The notes below the pieces were generated by a model. It worked only from the letters and a program-made list of their open reading frames with translations, was not told the DNA's origin and made no database searches. The translations under genes and the position numbers were made by a program. DNA of 64,000 nt from Gemmatimonadales bacterium (GTDB taxonomy: Bacteria; Gemmatimonadota; Gemmatimonadetes; Gemmatimonadales; GWC2-71-9): assembly GCA_050733195.1 (NCBI GenBank), contig JBOHSH010000003.1, positions 908 to 64,907 on the forward strand. The letters are read 5' to 3'. Of this stretch, positions 16,894-27,450 are shown piece after piece. Position 1 is the stretch's first letter. Every line of letters begins with the position of its first letter.

Positions 16894-19800
16894 TCACGCC
16901 CCGTCGGCAGTTCCCGGGGCGGCGGGGGTCGCGGGCTCGAGATCCAGGCGCACGGTAGTGCCGCGGCCGACCTCGCTCGTGAGGGTGAGCCGGCCTCCCC
17001 AGCTCTCCACCAGCCGCTTCACGATGGCGAGACCTAACCCGGAGCCGCTCGTGTGAGTGGAGAAGCGGGGCTCGAGCACCCGCGAAAGGAGGTCGCCCGG
17101 GATGCCGCGGCCGTCGTCGACGACCGAAACGCTGCTGCCGTGCACGATGAGCTGCACCGTCCTGGCCTCGGCATGCCGGGCGTTCTCGACGAGGTTGACG
17201 AGCGCTTCCCGGACTTCGTCCGGCCGCGCCGCCGCCGGCATCGGCGCGGTCACGTCGAGGATCACGGCGGCGCCGTCGTCGCCTCCCCCGATGCGATAGA
17301 GATCGGCCACTTCGCGGGCGACGTCGGGGAGACTCACCGGCTCCAGCGGCCCGCCAGCCGACGCGGGGACGCCGAAGCGCGAGAACGACCGCGCGATGCG
17401 GTCGAGGCGGTCGATCTCGGCGAGGATCCGGTGCGCCGTCTCGTCGAGCACGGGTCCGAGCGGAGCGTCGCGATCCTCGTGGACGCGCCGCAGATGCTGC
17501 ACGCCCAGCCGCATCGGGGTCAAGGGGTTCTTGATCTCGTGCGCCACCTGGCTCGCCATCTCCCCCCAGGCGACGATCCGCGCGACGCGCTCCTGGTCCT
17601 CCTGCGCGGCCCGGACGTCCGCGGCCATTTTCTGGAACGCGGCGAAGACCGGCTTGAACTCGGCCGGGGGCGGCTCGGCGGGAGCCGGAATGGCTTCGCC
17701 CCGTCCGAACGCCTGCGCCGCGTGCCGGAGGTCGGCGACCGGGCGCGCGAGGGCGCTCGCCGCCCGGCGGGCCGCGAAGAGGGACGCGGCAATGCCGGCG
17801 AGCGTGGCGAGCAGAAGCAGATAGGCCAGATCGCGCTGCCGCTCGGTGAGCACCGGATCGAACACGGTGGATGGCGACGCGAGGATCCCGGGGGAGAGGT
17901 CGCTCAGGAGCACCGGCTGGTAGCCTAGCCTGAGCGGCACGGCGTTCGACGGGCCGTCCACCGCCGCGACCGCGTCGCCCCGGAATGTGAGACGGCGATA
18001 CGCGACGGGATCGACGAGCGGCGAGACGAATCCGAGCGCCGGCAACAGGCCGTCGCTCGACTCCGCCGCGAGCCGGCCGCTCCGGTAGAGCGCGAGGTCG
18101 ACGTCCACCTTGCCGCTCTCCTCGACGAGCTCGACCGTCGCCATTCCCGCATCGGCGGGGAGAGCGCCGCTGGGCGGGACGGCGTCCCGCAGCGTCCATT
18201 CGATGATCCGGTCCTGCCCCTGGCGGACCTCGCTCCGGAGGCGGGTGAAGCCCCACGTGGCGAAGCCGATCGCGGGGGCCAGGAAGAACACGCTCAGCGC
18301 GACGCCCAGGCGCGCCTGGTAGCTCCGGAGCCGCGGGAGCCAGTTGGGACGCAAGGGCAGCTCGCCCGCGAGGAGCAGGGCCACACCCCAGAGCGCCGCG
18401 AAGAGAAGCGCGTCGAGCGTCATGATGAGCGCGCCCCGCACCGCGAGCCCGCCGGGCGCGCCCAGATCCACGACGCCGAAGACGTCGCGGGCATCGCCCG
18501 CGATCTCGACCACCCGCTCTCCGCGCACCAGGCGCCCTTGCCGGCTCCAGAGCGCGAGACCCGCGTTCGGCGGGTTCCGGGAAGGCGCGGGCGCGATGGT
18601 CAGGCGATAGGGAGGCCGATCCGACGACGCCGGCGTGAGCAGCCGGCCCAGGCGGGTCGGGGGCACCAGCGCCGTGCGGGGGCCCAGCGCGACGGCGATG
18701 ATGGTCGCGCTGTCCCGCCGGGCGAGCAGCAGGTGATGGAGCGCCGGGCTCCGCGGCAGCGCGAAGAGCCGCTCGGGAGCCGCCGGATCGAGACGGACGA
18801 GCGCACCGATCACGTCGTCCGGCAGATCGAGCCGGTCCAGCGCCACCGTCACCAGCTGCTCCCCCTCGGGACTCCAGAGCCCGAGGCTCACGGGCCGGTC
18901 CCGGGCGGGACCGGCGACGCGCTGCCATAGCGCGTACAGCGCGGTAGCGTTCCTCGGGGCGGTTTCTTCCGCCAGACGGTCGGCGATGCCACGGAGCAGC
19001 GCCTGACCCGCGGGATCCGGAGCGTCGCCGAGCGACGCGATGTCCCGGCGGGCGGCGGCGAGTCGCCCTTCCACTTCCGCACCCCACGTCACCAGCGCCG
19101 CGGCGCTCCCCGCGACGAGGGCGATGCCGGCGATCGCGGCCCGGCGATCCGCCGGCCAGATCACGAGCACCAGCGCCGGAGTCCAGAGAAAGGTGTACCA
19201 GTCGGGCCATCCGTACCGCGCGTTCCACACCAGGACGCCGATCGCGGCCGCGGCGATCCCGATGACCGCGCCCGCCACCGGCTGCTGCCAGCGCCCCCGC
19301 GTGGAGTGCCGGCCTCGGACCAGCGCGGCGGCGAGGGTGACGAGCCCGGCGGCCGCCAGGAAGAGGGCCACCTGCCAGGCCAGCCAGACCGGGGTGGAGA
19401 CGCTCGACGGCGGCGGAGACAGATCCCGCCCGATCGCGCTGATGACGTACGGCGCGCCGAGAACGAGGACACCCGCGAGCACCACCCCGGGCACGCTGCG
19501 CGGGAGCGCGCGCCGCCACATCATCACCGCGAACACGGTGATCAGCGCTCCGAGGAGACCGAGCGCCGCCGGCGTGGCCGACACCAGGCCGATCCACGGC
19601 GCGGAGAACCGCCGCGGATCGAAGAGCGCGTCGAGACCCAGGAAGTCCCCGAGCGGCGCCCGCAGCGTGATCGCGAAGCCGGCCGCGAGGACCAGCACCC
19701 TCGCGATGCCGGGCGGTGAGAAGACCACGCCGGCGAGGAGGGTCAGCAGGAGGAGCCACGCGACGCGGCGCCCGCCGGCGACGCGCTCGGACTCGAGCGC

Positions 19801-20697
19801 GTCCCGCTGCTCGGGGGGAACGAGGAGCGCGCTGAACAGGGTGCGCACGCCGCTCGTCGTCGGCTGCTGATAGTCGAAGACGTCCGAGCTGTCGGGCGCG
19901 AGGCGGGGCGGCAGGATCCGGAGCGGCACACCGGTCCGCCGCTCATACGCGGCGGCCACACTCTTGTCCCGGTCCGGAATGACCTCGTGAGCCGTCAGCA
20001 GCACGGTCGCGACCGCCACCCGCCCGCCGCCGGCATGGCGGCGCGCTTCGAACATCGCGTAGTATGGGGTGAGCCGCGCGCCGATCGAGTCGCCGGCGAC
20101 TTCGGGAGCCGCGCGGAAGCGACCGGCCCAGAGGCGCGGCACTCCCGACGGCTCGAGGACCGCAACCCCGGCTTCCACGCCATCCGGAAGCAGGCTCGTC
20201 AGCCGGTCGAAACCCTCGTCCGGGGAGATGGCGGCGACGGCGACCGCCCGGGCCGCGAGCGAGTCGGCGATGAGCCGGGTCACCCGAAGCTCCTCGGCCA
20301 GCCGGCTCGAGGCGGCGAGGACGCGCTCCTCGCGCACCGCGGACCACTTGTGGCGCAGCTCGTCGAGGCGGAGCTGGCTCGCGCCGAGGAGAACCGCCGC
20401 GGCGGCCAGCAGCACGCCGGGAGCGAGACGGCGGGGAACGCGAACGACGGCCAGCACGGCCGCGCCGAGACACGCCCCGACCGCAAGGCCCGCGGCGAGC
20501 GGCGAAGCGGTGCGCAGCCACTCGCCGACGAGGACGCTCGCGACGACGAGCGCCAACGACCACCAGGGAAGGACAGCGCTCAGATGCCCGATCCGCTGCG
20601 CTTGAAGGACATGACCCCGGCGCGGGCGCGGGAAGTCCTCACGGCCATGCCGCGATTGCTCATCCCCGCAGGCACCCTCGAACCGCGGGGCCCGCAC
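16894..20697 (-). CDS. sensor histidine kinase, NtrY-like catalytic core with very large multi-TM N-terminal region
   Basis: H-box AHEIKNPLTPM; N/G boxes LVNLVENARHA, DDGRGIP and GSGLGLAIV. About 750 aa of hydrophobic helices and loops lie upstream. The start is uncertain: ATG 20697 overlaps the divergent gene, and TTG 20556 is an alternative. Confidence 0.8.
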   Translation of the reverse strand: MRAPRFEGACGDEQSRHGREDFPRPRRGHVLQAQRIGHLSAVLPWWSLALVVASVLVGEWLRTASPLAAGLAVGACLGAAVLAVVRVPRRLAPGVLLAAAAVLLGASQLRLDELRHKWSAVREERVLAASSRLAEELRVTRLIADSLAARAVAVAAISPDEGFDRLTSLLPDGVEAGVAVLEPSGVPRLWAGRFRAAPEVAGDSIGARLTPYYAMFEARRHAGGGRVAVATVLLTAHEVIPDRDKSVAAAYERRTGVPLRILPPRLAPDSSDVFDYQQPTTSGVRTLFSALLVPPEQRDALESERVAGGRRVAWLLLLTLLAGVVFSPPGIARVLVLAAGFAITLRAPLGDFLGLDALFDPRRFSAPWIGLVSATPAALGLLGALITVFAVMMWRRALPRSVPGVVLAGVLVLGAPYVISAIGRDLSPPPSSVSTPVWLAWQVALFLAAAGLVTLAAALVRGRHSTRGRWQQPVAGAVIGIAAAAIGVLVWNARYGWPDWYTFLWTPALVLVIWPADRRAAIAGIALVAGSAAALVTWGAEVEGRLAAARRDIASLGDAPDPAGQALLRGIADRLAEETAPRNATALYALWQRVAGPARDRPVSLGLWSPEGEQLVTVALDRLDLPDDVIGALVRLDPAAPERLFALPRSPALHHLLLARRDSATIIAVALGPRTALVPPTRLGRLLTPASSDRPPYRLTIAPAPSRNPPNAGLALWSRQGRLVRGERVVEIAGDARDVFGVVDLGAPGGLAVRGALIMTLDALLFAALWGVALLLAGELPLRPNWLPRLRSYQARLGVALSVFFLAPAIGFATWGFTRLRSEVRQGQDRIIEWTLRDAVPPSGALPADAGMATVELVEESGKVDVDLALYRSGRLAAESSDGLLPALGFVSPLVDPVAYRRLTFRGDAVAAVDGPSNAVPLRLGYQPVLLSDLSPGILASPSTVFDPVLTERQRDLAYLLLLATLAGIAASLFAARRAASALARPVADLRHAAQAFGRGEAIPAPAEPPPAEFKPVFAAFQKMAADVRAAQEDQERVARIVAWGEMASQVAHEIKNPLTPMRLGVQHLRRVHEDRDAPLGPVLDETAHRILAEIDRLDRIARSFSRFGVPASAGGPLEPVSLPDVAREVADLYRIGGGDDGAAVILDVTAPMPAAARPDEVREALVNLVENARHAEARTVQLIVHGSSVSVVDDGRGIPGDLLSRVLEPRFSTHTSGSGLGLAIVKRLVESWGGRLTLTSEVGRGTTVRLDLEPATPAAPGTADGA

Positions 20698-21240
20698 CTC
20701 CCGCTCGGGGTGGACACGGTGATCCTCGAGGCCTTAACCGACGATCTCTCGGCCCGCACCGGCATCGCGCGCACTCCTCCCTTCCCCTACGGGGCTCGGG
20801 GCCGGGGGGACGAGCCGACGACACCGGGGGCCGCGGCGCTGACGCGAAAGACGTTGCACCGCATGCTCAACGAACTTATCGCGATGTGGGAGGAGGTGGC
20901 AGCGGTTCGCGACATCACCATCCTCACGGCCCACGCCGTCGACCCCCACCTCGAGGCCTTGTCCACGATCCGGACCGCGTGCCGGGTTCGGGTCATCGAT
21001 ATCTTCGGCTTGCGGGATCTCGACCCCCTTCGCTCGACCCGGACGGGGCCGTGGCACGGCGGCGAGGTGGACACCTCCATGCTCCTCCACGTCGCGCCCG
21101 AGCTGGTGGATCGATCCAGGATCCCGCACACGGCGAACGCGTCGGCCGCCCGCGGACAGCTGTTTTACGATGCCATTCTGCGCGGCTTGGAGGAGCGTCT
21201 GGCCCTCCCCGCAGCCCCGGGCCTGGACCCCACGCCTTAA
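20584..21240 (+). CDS. creatininase (creatinine amidohydrolase) family protein, divergent
   Basis: Track ORF 19987..21240; only the last ~219 codons look like a real protein. Family pattern: LLIPAGTLEPRGPHLPLGVDT...WHGGEVDTSMLLHVAPELVD. Start is ATG 20584 or ATG 20611. Confidence 0.6.
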   Translation: MPDPLRLKDMTPARAREVLTAMPRLLIPAGTLEPRGPHLPLGVDTVILEALTDDLSARTGIARTPPFPYGARGRGDEPTTPGAAALTRKTLHRMLNELIAMWEEVAAVRDITILTAHAVDPHLEALSTIRTACRVRVIDIFGLRDLDPLRSTRTGPWHGGEVDTSMLLHVAPELVDRSRIPHTANASAARGQLFYDAILRGLEERLALPAAPGLDPTP

Positions 21241-21357
21241 GAACAACAAGTGCAAAGCCGACATATATTTAGGGCGGCTTCGTCGCAAGCTGAAACTTTT
21301 GATCCGGGCGTTCGTCATACCGGGAGACTTTCACGCATTCGACCAGGGATTTGGCAA

Positions 21358-22920
21358 ATGACACGCTGGGCCCCCGCCCTTCTCGGTCTCCTCGCCGCCG
21401 CGCCGCTGGCCGGCCAGCAGCCGACCGCTCCCTCGCCGACGCCGCTCCCGGCGCGGCCGACTCCCGCCGTTTCCATCAGGCTGGAGGAGGCACTGGAGCA
21501 GGCCAGGCGCAACAGTCCCACCTACCGCCAGACGCTCAACGACGCCGGGCCGTCCCGCTGGAGCGTCCGGAACGCCTACGCCACGCTGCTGCCGAGCGTC
21601 GATGTGAGCAGCAGTCTCGGCTACACCGGCTCCGGCCAGAGCACGTTCGGCGGCACGTTCTTCAACCAGAGCTCGTCGTCGATCACGTCGGGGTACGGGG
21701 TGTCGTTCAACTACACCCTGTCCGGTTCGACTCTCACGGGGCCGGGTCAGCAGAAGGCCGCGCACCGTGCCGTCGAAGAGGACATCACGAGCGCGGGCGA
21801 GACGCTGCGGAACGAGATCACGATTCAGTATCTCGCCGCGCTCCAGGCGGTGGCGCAGACCGACGTCGCCCGCCAGCAGGTGCAGCGTAACGGCGATTTC
21901 CTCGAGCTGGCGCGGGCGCGCCATCAGGTCGGCCAGGCGACCCTCCTCGACGTCCGGCAGGCCGAGGTCCAGAAGGGCCAGAGTGACGTGGCGCTTCTCC
22001 GGGCGCAGCAGACGGAGAACGAAGCCAAGCTCGAGCTCTTCCGGCGCATCGGGATCCCCGCGCCGGTCTCGCCGGCGGAGATCGCCCTGACCGACTCCTT
22101 CCCGGTGAGCGAGCCGGTCTGGGACCGGGCGCAGCTCCTGGGCCTCGCCGCCGAACGGAATCCGTCGCTGCGCGCCCTCAAGGCACGGGAGCAGTCGGCC
22201 GCCTGGTCGGTGCGGGCGGCGAAGTCGCGCTATCTCCCCACGCTCTCCTTCAATGCGTCGCTGTCCGGCTTCACCCAGGAGTTCACCGATGAGGAGATCC
22301 TGCTGGACAACCGGCTCGGCTCGGCGCTGGGTACGCGGGACAACTGTCTCTTCCAGAACGCGCTGATCGGCGCGCTGCCCGGCGGGGCCGTGCCCGGCTT
22401 TCCCAACGGGGGCATCCTGGACTGCAACGCCTTCGCCGGCCTGGACGTCACCGGAACGACCCTCGATCCGGCGACCCGGCAGCAGCTGATCGCGCGGAAC
22501 AACGTGTTCCCGTTCGACTTCACCAAGCAGCCGTTCCGGGCGTCGGTGCAGATCTCGCTGCCGATCTTCGACAACTTCTCCCGGAACCTCCAGCTCTCCC
22601 AGGCACAGGTGGCCCGGGAGGATCTGGCGGAGAGCGTCCGCGCGCGGGGGCTCCAGGTGGAAGCCGACGTACACTCCCGCTGGCTCGGCGTCCAGACCTC
22701 CTACCAGGCTATCCGGGTGCAGGAGCTCAATCGGGTCGCCGCGCGCGAGCAGCTGAGCCTGGCGCAGGACCGTTACCGCCTCGGCACCGGCTCCTCGCTC
22801 GAGGTGTCGGACGCGCAGAACGCCGTGCAGCGCGCCGAAGGCGACTATGTGAACGCCGTGTACGAATACCACCGGGCGGTCGCGATGCTGGAGTTCGCGG
22901 TCGGCCGCCCACTCCGATAG
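21358..22920 (+). CDS. TolC-family outer membrane efflux protein
   Basis: ATG 21358 gives the signal peptide MTRWAPALLGLLAAAPLAGQQ. Two-repeat TolC/OEP pattern: LEEALEQARRNSPTYRQ...YLPTLSFNASLS...RYRLGTGSSLEVSDAQ. Confidence 0.85.
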   Translation: MTRWAPALLGLLAAAPLAGQQPTAPSPTPLPARPTPAVSIRLEEALEQARRNSPTYRQTLNDAGPSRWSVRNAYATLLPSVDVSSSLGYTGSGQSTFGGTFFNQSSSSITSGYGVSFNYTLSGSTLTGPGQQKAAHRAVEEDITSAGETLRNEITIQYLAALQAVAQTDVARQQVQRNGDFLELARARHQVGQATLLDVRQAEVQKGQSDVALLRAQQTENEAKLELFRRIGIPAPVSPAEIALTDSFPVSEPVWDRAQLLGLAAERNPSLRALKAREQSAAWSVRAAKSRYLPTLSFNASLSGFTQEFTDEEILLDNRLGSALGTRDNCLFQNALIGALPGGAVPGFPNGGILDCNAFAGLDVTGTTLDPATRQQLIARNNVFPFDFTKQPFRASVQISLPIFDNFSRNLQLSQAQVAREDLAESVRARGLQVEADVHSRWLGVQTSYQAIRVQELNRVAAREQLSLAQDRYRLGTGSSLEVSDAQNAVQRAEGDYVNAVYEYHRAVAMLEFAVGRPLR

Positions 22921-22933
22921 CTCAGGAGCCAGC

Positions 22934-24226
22934 ATGTCACGCCGTGCCAAGTGGACCCTCGGGATCGCCCTCGTCGTCGTGGTGGGTGGCGGGCTCATGG
23001 CCCTCACCGCCGCGAAGCGCGGCAACCAGGCTACCGAGGTTCGTCTCGAGGCGGTGGAGGCGCGCGACCTCGTCGCCGCGGTCACCGCAAGCGGGAAGCT
23101 CGAGGCGAAGACCCAGGTGGACGTGAGCGCCGACATCACCGGGCGCATCACCCAGATCGGAGTCCGGGAAGGCGACCTGGTCCGGAAGGGCCAGTTCCTA
23201 ATCCAGATCGATCCGGCGCAGTACGCCTCGGTCGTGACCCGGCTCGAGGGCCAGGTGGCCTCCGCCGAGGCCTCGCTCGCCCAGGCCCGCACCAACCGCG
23301 ACCAGGCGCGCCGCAGCCGGGATCGCTCGCTGGAGATCCAGAAGATCAATCCCGACCTGATCGCCCGGGAGACCGTGGAGCAGGCGGTCCAGGCGTTCGA
23401 CGTCGCGGAGGCCAACTTCGAGTCTGCGCGCGCGGGGGTCGAGCAGGCGCGGGCGGCGCTCAGCGAGGCCCGCTCCAACCTCGGGAAGACGCGGCTCACC
23501 TCGCCCATCGACGGCCGCGTCGTGCGGCTCGCGGTCGAGGAGGGCGAGGTGGCCGTGCCCGGCACGTTCTCGCGGGAGACCGGCCTCCTGATGACGGTGG
23601 CGGACCTCTCGGTCGTGCTCGCCAAGGTGAAGGTGGACGAGACGGATGTCATCCGGCTCTCGCTCGGGGACTCGGTCTCGGTGACCATCGATGCCTTCCC
23701 CGACACGAGCTTCACCGGACGGGTGACGAAGATCTCCAACAGCGCGACGCTCGCGAGCGTCGGGGCGGCGAGCGGCGGGTCCACCGACCGCGCGGTGGAC
23801 TTCGACGTCGAGGTGACGCTCGACAATCCGCCGGCGGACGTGCGGCCCGACCTCTCCTCCACCGCGCGGATCATCACCGACACGCGGAAGCAGGTGCTCG
23901 CGATGCCGATCATCGCGCTCACCGTGCGGGATCATGAGGACGTGCCCAACGAGGTGAAGCGGGGGACCGGCGCTCCGGTCGGCGGCCCCACGACGGCGGC
24001 CAAGCAGAAGGACCGCGAGGGCGTCTTCCTGGTGCGGAACGGGATCGCGTCCTTCGTGCCGGTGCGCGTGGGGATCACGGGCGAGGAACACTTCGAGGTG
24101 CTCGAGGGCGTGAAGAGGGGCGACACGGTGGTGGCGGGCCCCTACCAGTCGGTGCGCGACATGAAGGACAGCACGCGCGTCAAGCAGGCGCGCGAGACCG
24201 GCCGTCCGGGGCAGGCCCGTCCGTGA
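22934..24226 (+). CDS. efflux periplasmic adaptor (MacA/HlyD family membrane fusion protein)
   Basis: N-terminal TM segment, lipoyl-like [28 protein letters not shown], a coiled coil, then TSPIDGRVV. Confidence 0.88.
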   Translation: MSRRAKWTLGIALVVVVGGGLMALTAAKRGNQATEVRLEAVEARDLVAAVTASGKLEAKTQVDVSADITGRITQIGVREGDLVRKGQFLIQIDPAQYASVVTRLEGQVASAEASLAQARTNRDQARRSRDRSLEIQKINPDLIARETVEQAVQAFDVAEANFESARAGVEQARAALSEARSNLGKTRLTSPIDGRVVRLAVEEGEVAVPGTFSRETGLLMTVADLSVVLAKVKVDETDVIRLSLGDSVSVTIDAFPDTSFTGRVTKISNSATLASVGAASGGSTDRAVDFDVEVTLDNPPADVRPDLSSTARIITDTRKQVLAMPIIALTVRDHEDVPNEVKRGTGAPVGGPTTAAKQKDREGVFLVRNGIASFVPVRVGITGEEHFEVLEGVKRGDTVVAGPYQSVRDMKDSTRVKQARETGRPGQARP

Positions 24227-24927
24227 GCGACCTGGTCATCCAGATCCGGGAGCTGACCCGGGTCTACGACATGGGCGCCGAGCAGGTCCATGCGCTCCGC
24301 GGCGTGGATCTCCTGATCCGCCGGAACGAGTACGTGGCCGTCATGGGACCGTCGGGCTCGGGCAAGTCGACGCTGATGAACGTGATCGGCTGCCTCGACA
24401 CGCCGACCGCGGGAGAGTACTGGCTCAACGGGCAGGAGGTCTCGCGGATGCCCGACGACGCGCTCGCGAGAGTGCGGAACCGGGAGATCGGCTTCGTCTT
24501 CCAGACCTTCAACCTGCTGCCGCGCGCCTCGGCCCTGCAGAACGTCGAGCTGCCGCTGGTCTACGCCGGCGTGTCGGCCCGGGCCCGCCGCGACCGGGCG
24601 CGGAACGCGCTCGAGCGGGTCGGGCTCGGCGACCGCATGGGCCACCGCCCCAACGAGCTCTCCGGCGGCCAGCGCCAGCGGGTGGCGATCGCCCGGGCGC
24701 TCGTGAACGAGCCGGCCATCCTGCTCGCCGACGAGCCGACGGGCAACCTCGACAGCGGCACCAGCGAGGAGATCATGCGGGTGTTCGAGCGCCTGCACGA
24801 GCAGGATCAGACCGTGATCATGGTCACCCACGAGGCCGAAATCGCGGCCCACGCCGACCGGATCGTGGTGCTCCGAGACGGGCGGATCTCGAGCGACTCG
24901 CCGAACCGGCGCGGCGCGGCGGCCTGA
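24223..24927 (+). CDS. ABC transporter ATP-binding protein (MacB/LolD-type NBD)
   Basis: GTGA overlap with the adaptor gene. Walker [10 protein letters not shown], signature LSGGQRQR, Walker [13 protein letters not shown]. Confidence 0.92.
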   Translation: MSDLVIQIRELTRVYDMGAEQVHALRGVDLLIRRNEYVAVMGPSGSGKSTLMNVIGCLDTPTAGEYWLNGQEVSRMPDDALARVRNREIGFVFQTFNLLPRASALQNVELPLVYAGVSARARRDRARNALERVGLGDRMGHRPNELSGGQRQRVAIARALVNEPAILLADEPTGNLDSGTSEEIMRVFERLHEQDQTVIMVTHEAEIAAHADRIVVLRDGRISSDSPNRRGAAA

Positions 24928-24929
24928 CG

Positions 24930-26165
24930 ATGCAGTTCCTCGACGCGGTCTGGATGGCGCTCCGGACGATCCGGACGCAGAAGCTCAAGAGCTTCTTCTC
25001 CCTGGTCGGCGTGCTGATCGGCGTGACCTTCCTCATCGCCGTCGTGTCCATCGTCCAGGGCATGAACGTGTACATGGAGGACCAGTTCGCCAACCGGCTG
25101 GTCGGCCTGAACACGTTCCAGCTGCGGCGGATGCCGAACTTCACCGACGCGAACGAGGAAACCTGGCGGGCCTGGCAGCGCCGGCCCCGCATCAACTACG
25201 GCGACGCGAACTACATCCAGGCCAACCTGGGCCTCCCGGCGCTCTACTCCCGGTACTGCTCCGAGCAGATGACGCTCGGCTGGAACGGCAAGACGGCGCG
25301 CAGCATCAACGTCGAGACGGCGGACGCCGACTTCTTCAGGATCAAGAACTACGACATCGTCAACGGGCGCGCGTTCAGCCCCCAGGAGGCCAGAGCCGGA
25401 CTCGCCGTCGCCGTCGTCGGGTACGAGATCGGCGACCGGCTGTTCGGCGGCGCGGATCCCATCGGAAAGCAGATCACGATCGGGCCGTTCCCCTACCGGG
25501 TGGTGGGTGTGGTGGCCAAGCAGGGCACCCTCTTCGGCATTTCGATGGACAAGTTCGCCATCGTGCCCTTCGATTCGCCGATCCACCGCGAGGCCTGCCG
25601 GCTCGGCTTCATGGACGAATTCCACGTCCGCGCGGAGTCGCCGGCCGCCATGCAGGCCGCGCTGGTCCAGACCGAGGAGATGATGCGGCTACGCCGGCGG
25701 CTGCGGCCGGGGCAGGAGAACAACTTCGCGCTCCAGACCGCCGAAGGCGCACTCGAGGGGTGGCGGAAGATCTCGGCGATCCTGATGCTCGCCCTGCCGA
25801 TGCTGGTGGCGATCTCCCTCGTCGTCGGCGGCATCGTGATCATGAACATCATGCTCATGGCCGTCGCCGAGCGGACCCGGGAGATCGGCATCCGGAAGGC
25901 GCTCGGCGCGAAGCGACGGGACATCCTGGCGCAGTTCGTGGTCGAGTCGGCCACCCTCTCGACCGTCGGCGCCGCCATCGGCATCGCGACCGGCATCGGC
26001 CTCGCGTTCCTGGTCCGGGCCCTGACCCCCATGCCCGCCGCCGTGGCCCCCTGGTCGGTGGCGCTCGGCGTGATGCTCGGCGTCGCCGTCGGCATGGCCG
26101 CGGGGATCTATCCCGCCAGCCGGGCCTCCCGGCTCGACCCCATCGTCGCCCTCAGGGCCGAATGA
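24930..26165 (+). CDS. ABC transporter permease, MacB/LolC type (paralog class A)
   Basis: N-terminal TM, a ~220-aa periplasmic domain and a C-terminal FtsX module carrying ERTREIGIRKALGA. Most similar to the permease at 27451. Confidence 0.88.
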   Translation: MQFLDAVWMALRTIRTQKLKSFFSLVGVLIGVTFLIAVVSIVQGMNVYMEDQFANRLVGLNTFQLRRMPNFTDANEETWRAWQRRPRINYGDANYIQANLGLPALYSRYCSEQMTLGWNGKTARSINVETADADFFRIKNYDIVNGRAFSPQEARAGLAVAVVGYEIGDRLFGGADPIGKQITIGPFPYRVVGVVAKQGTLFGISMDKFAIVPFDSPIHREACRLGFMDEFHVRAESPAAMQAALVQTEEMMRLRRRLRPGQENNFALQTAEGALEGWRKISAILMLALPMLVAISLVVGGIVIMNIMLMAVAERTREIGIRKALGAKRRDILAQFVVESATLSTVGAAIGIATGIGLAFLVRALTPMPAAVAPWSVALGVMLGVAVGMAAGIYPASRASRLDPIVALRAE

Positions 26166-27430
26166 CGCCCTCCCGTCTCCGTCGCGGCTCGCTCTTCGCC
26201 CGCATGGTCGAGGGCGTGGGCATGGCCCTCGAATCGGTTCGCAGCAACAAGGCGCGGGCGGCGCTCACCATTCTGGGCGTGGCCATCGGGGTCATGGTGG
26301 TCATCGGCATGGCCTCCACCATTACCGGGATCAACCGGTCGGTGCAGCGCGAGATCGAGACCCTGGGCCCCAAGACCTTCTTCGTGATGCGCTTCTTCCA
26401 GGGCGGCATCGTCATCAGCGACGGCTCCGATGAGCTCTCGCCCTGGCGGCGGAATCCCCATCTCACGGTGGAGGAGGCGCAGCTGCTCAAGACGCTTCCG
26501 GCCGTCCGGGACGTGACCTGGCGCGAGGGCAGCGGGGGGCCCGTGAGCTACGGGGATCAGCGCCTCTCGAGCGTGAACATCGTGGGCTTCAGCCCGAGCT
26601 GGGTGTTCGTCACCGGCGGGATGGTGACCGCCGGGCGCAACTTCACCGAAGTGGAGCACGCCGCAAACGCGGCGGTCGTGGTGATCAACGACAAGCTGGC
26701 GGATCAGTTCTTCTCCGGCGTCGATCCCCTGGGGCGGCGGATCAAGATCGCGGGCCTGCCCTTCACCGTGATCGGGGTCTATGCCGAGCCGTCGAGCCTG
26801 TTCGACAGCAACACCCAGCCGATGGTGGTGATCCCGCATTCCACGTTCACCAAGGTCGCGGACTACTGGCGCGGCTGGCTCCAGTTCGCGGTGCAGCCCC
26901 GCGAGGAGTACACCGTCGCCGAGACGCAGGACCAGGTGATCGCGGCCCTGCGCGCCAGGCGGGGCCTCAGGCCGTCGGACGACAACAATTTCGCGGTGGT
27001 GAGCCAGGACCGGCTGCTCCAGACGTTCAACAACGTGACCAGCGGCTTCTTCCTGGTGATGCTCGCCCTCTCCAGCGTCGGCCTGATGGTGGGCGGCGTC
27101 GGCGTGGTGGCCATCATGATGATCTCGGTGACGGAGCGCACCCGCGAAATCGGCGTCCGGAAGGCCCTCGGCGCCACCCGCGGCGAGATTCTTTTTCAGT
27201 TCCTCGTGGAGGCCGCGACCCTCACGCTGCTGGGCGGCGCCATCGGCATGGGCCTGGGCGCCCTCATCGCCTGGGGGGTCAACTCGCTCACGCCGATCCC
27301 GGCGGCGATTCCCCTCTGGTCGGTCGTCGCCGCGCTCGTTGCCTCGGCCGTGACCGGGATCTTCTTCGGCATGTATCCCGCGACCAAGGCCTCCAGACTG
27401 GATCCCATCGAAGCGCTGCGGTACGAGTAG
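26162..27430 (+). CDS. ABC transporter permease, MacB/LolC type (paralog class B)
   Basis: ATG 26162 overlaps the upstream stop (ATGA). Motifs FFVMRFF and ERTREIGVRKALGA. Most similar to the permease at 28702. Confidence 0.88.
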   Translation: MTPSRLRRGSLFARMVEGVGMALESVRSNKARAALTILGVAIGVMVVIGMASTITGINRSVQREIETLGPKTFFVMRFFQGGIVISDGSDELSPWRRNPHLTVEEAQLLKTLPAVRDVTWREGSGGPVSYGDQRLSSVNIVGFSPSWVFVTGGMVTAGRNFTEVEHAANAAVVVINDKLADQFFSGVDPLGRRIKIAGLPFTVIGVYAEPSSLFDSNTQPMVVIPHSTFTKVADYWRGWLQFAVQPREEYTVAETQDQVIAALRARRGLRPSDDNNFAVVSQDRLLQTFNNVTSGFFLVMLALSSVGLMVGGVGVVAIMMISVTERTREIGVRKALGATRGEILFQFLVEAATLTLLGGAIGMGLGALIAWGVNSLTPIPAAIPLWSVVAALVASAVTGIFFGMYPATKASRLDPIEALRYE

Positions 27431-27450
27431 ACGTCCGCCTATTTTCCGTC

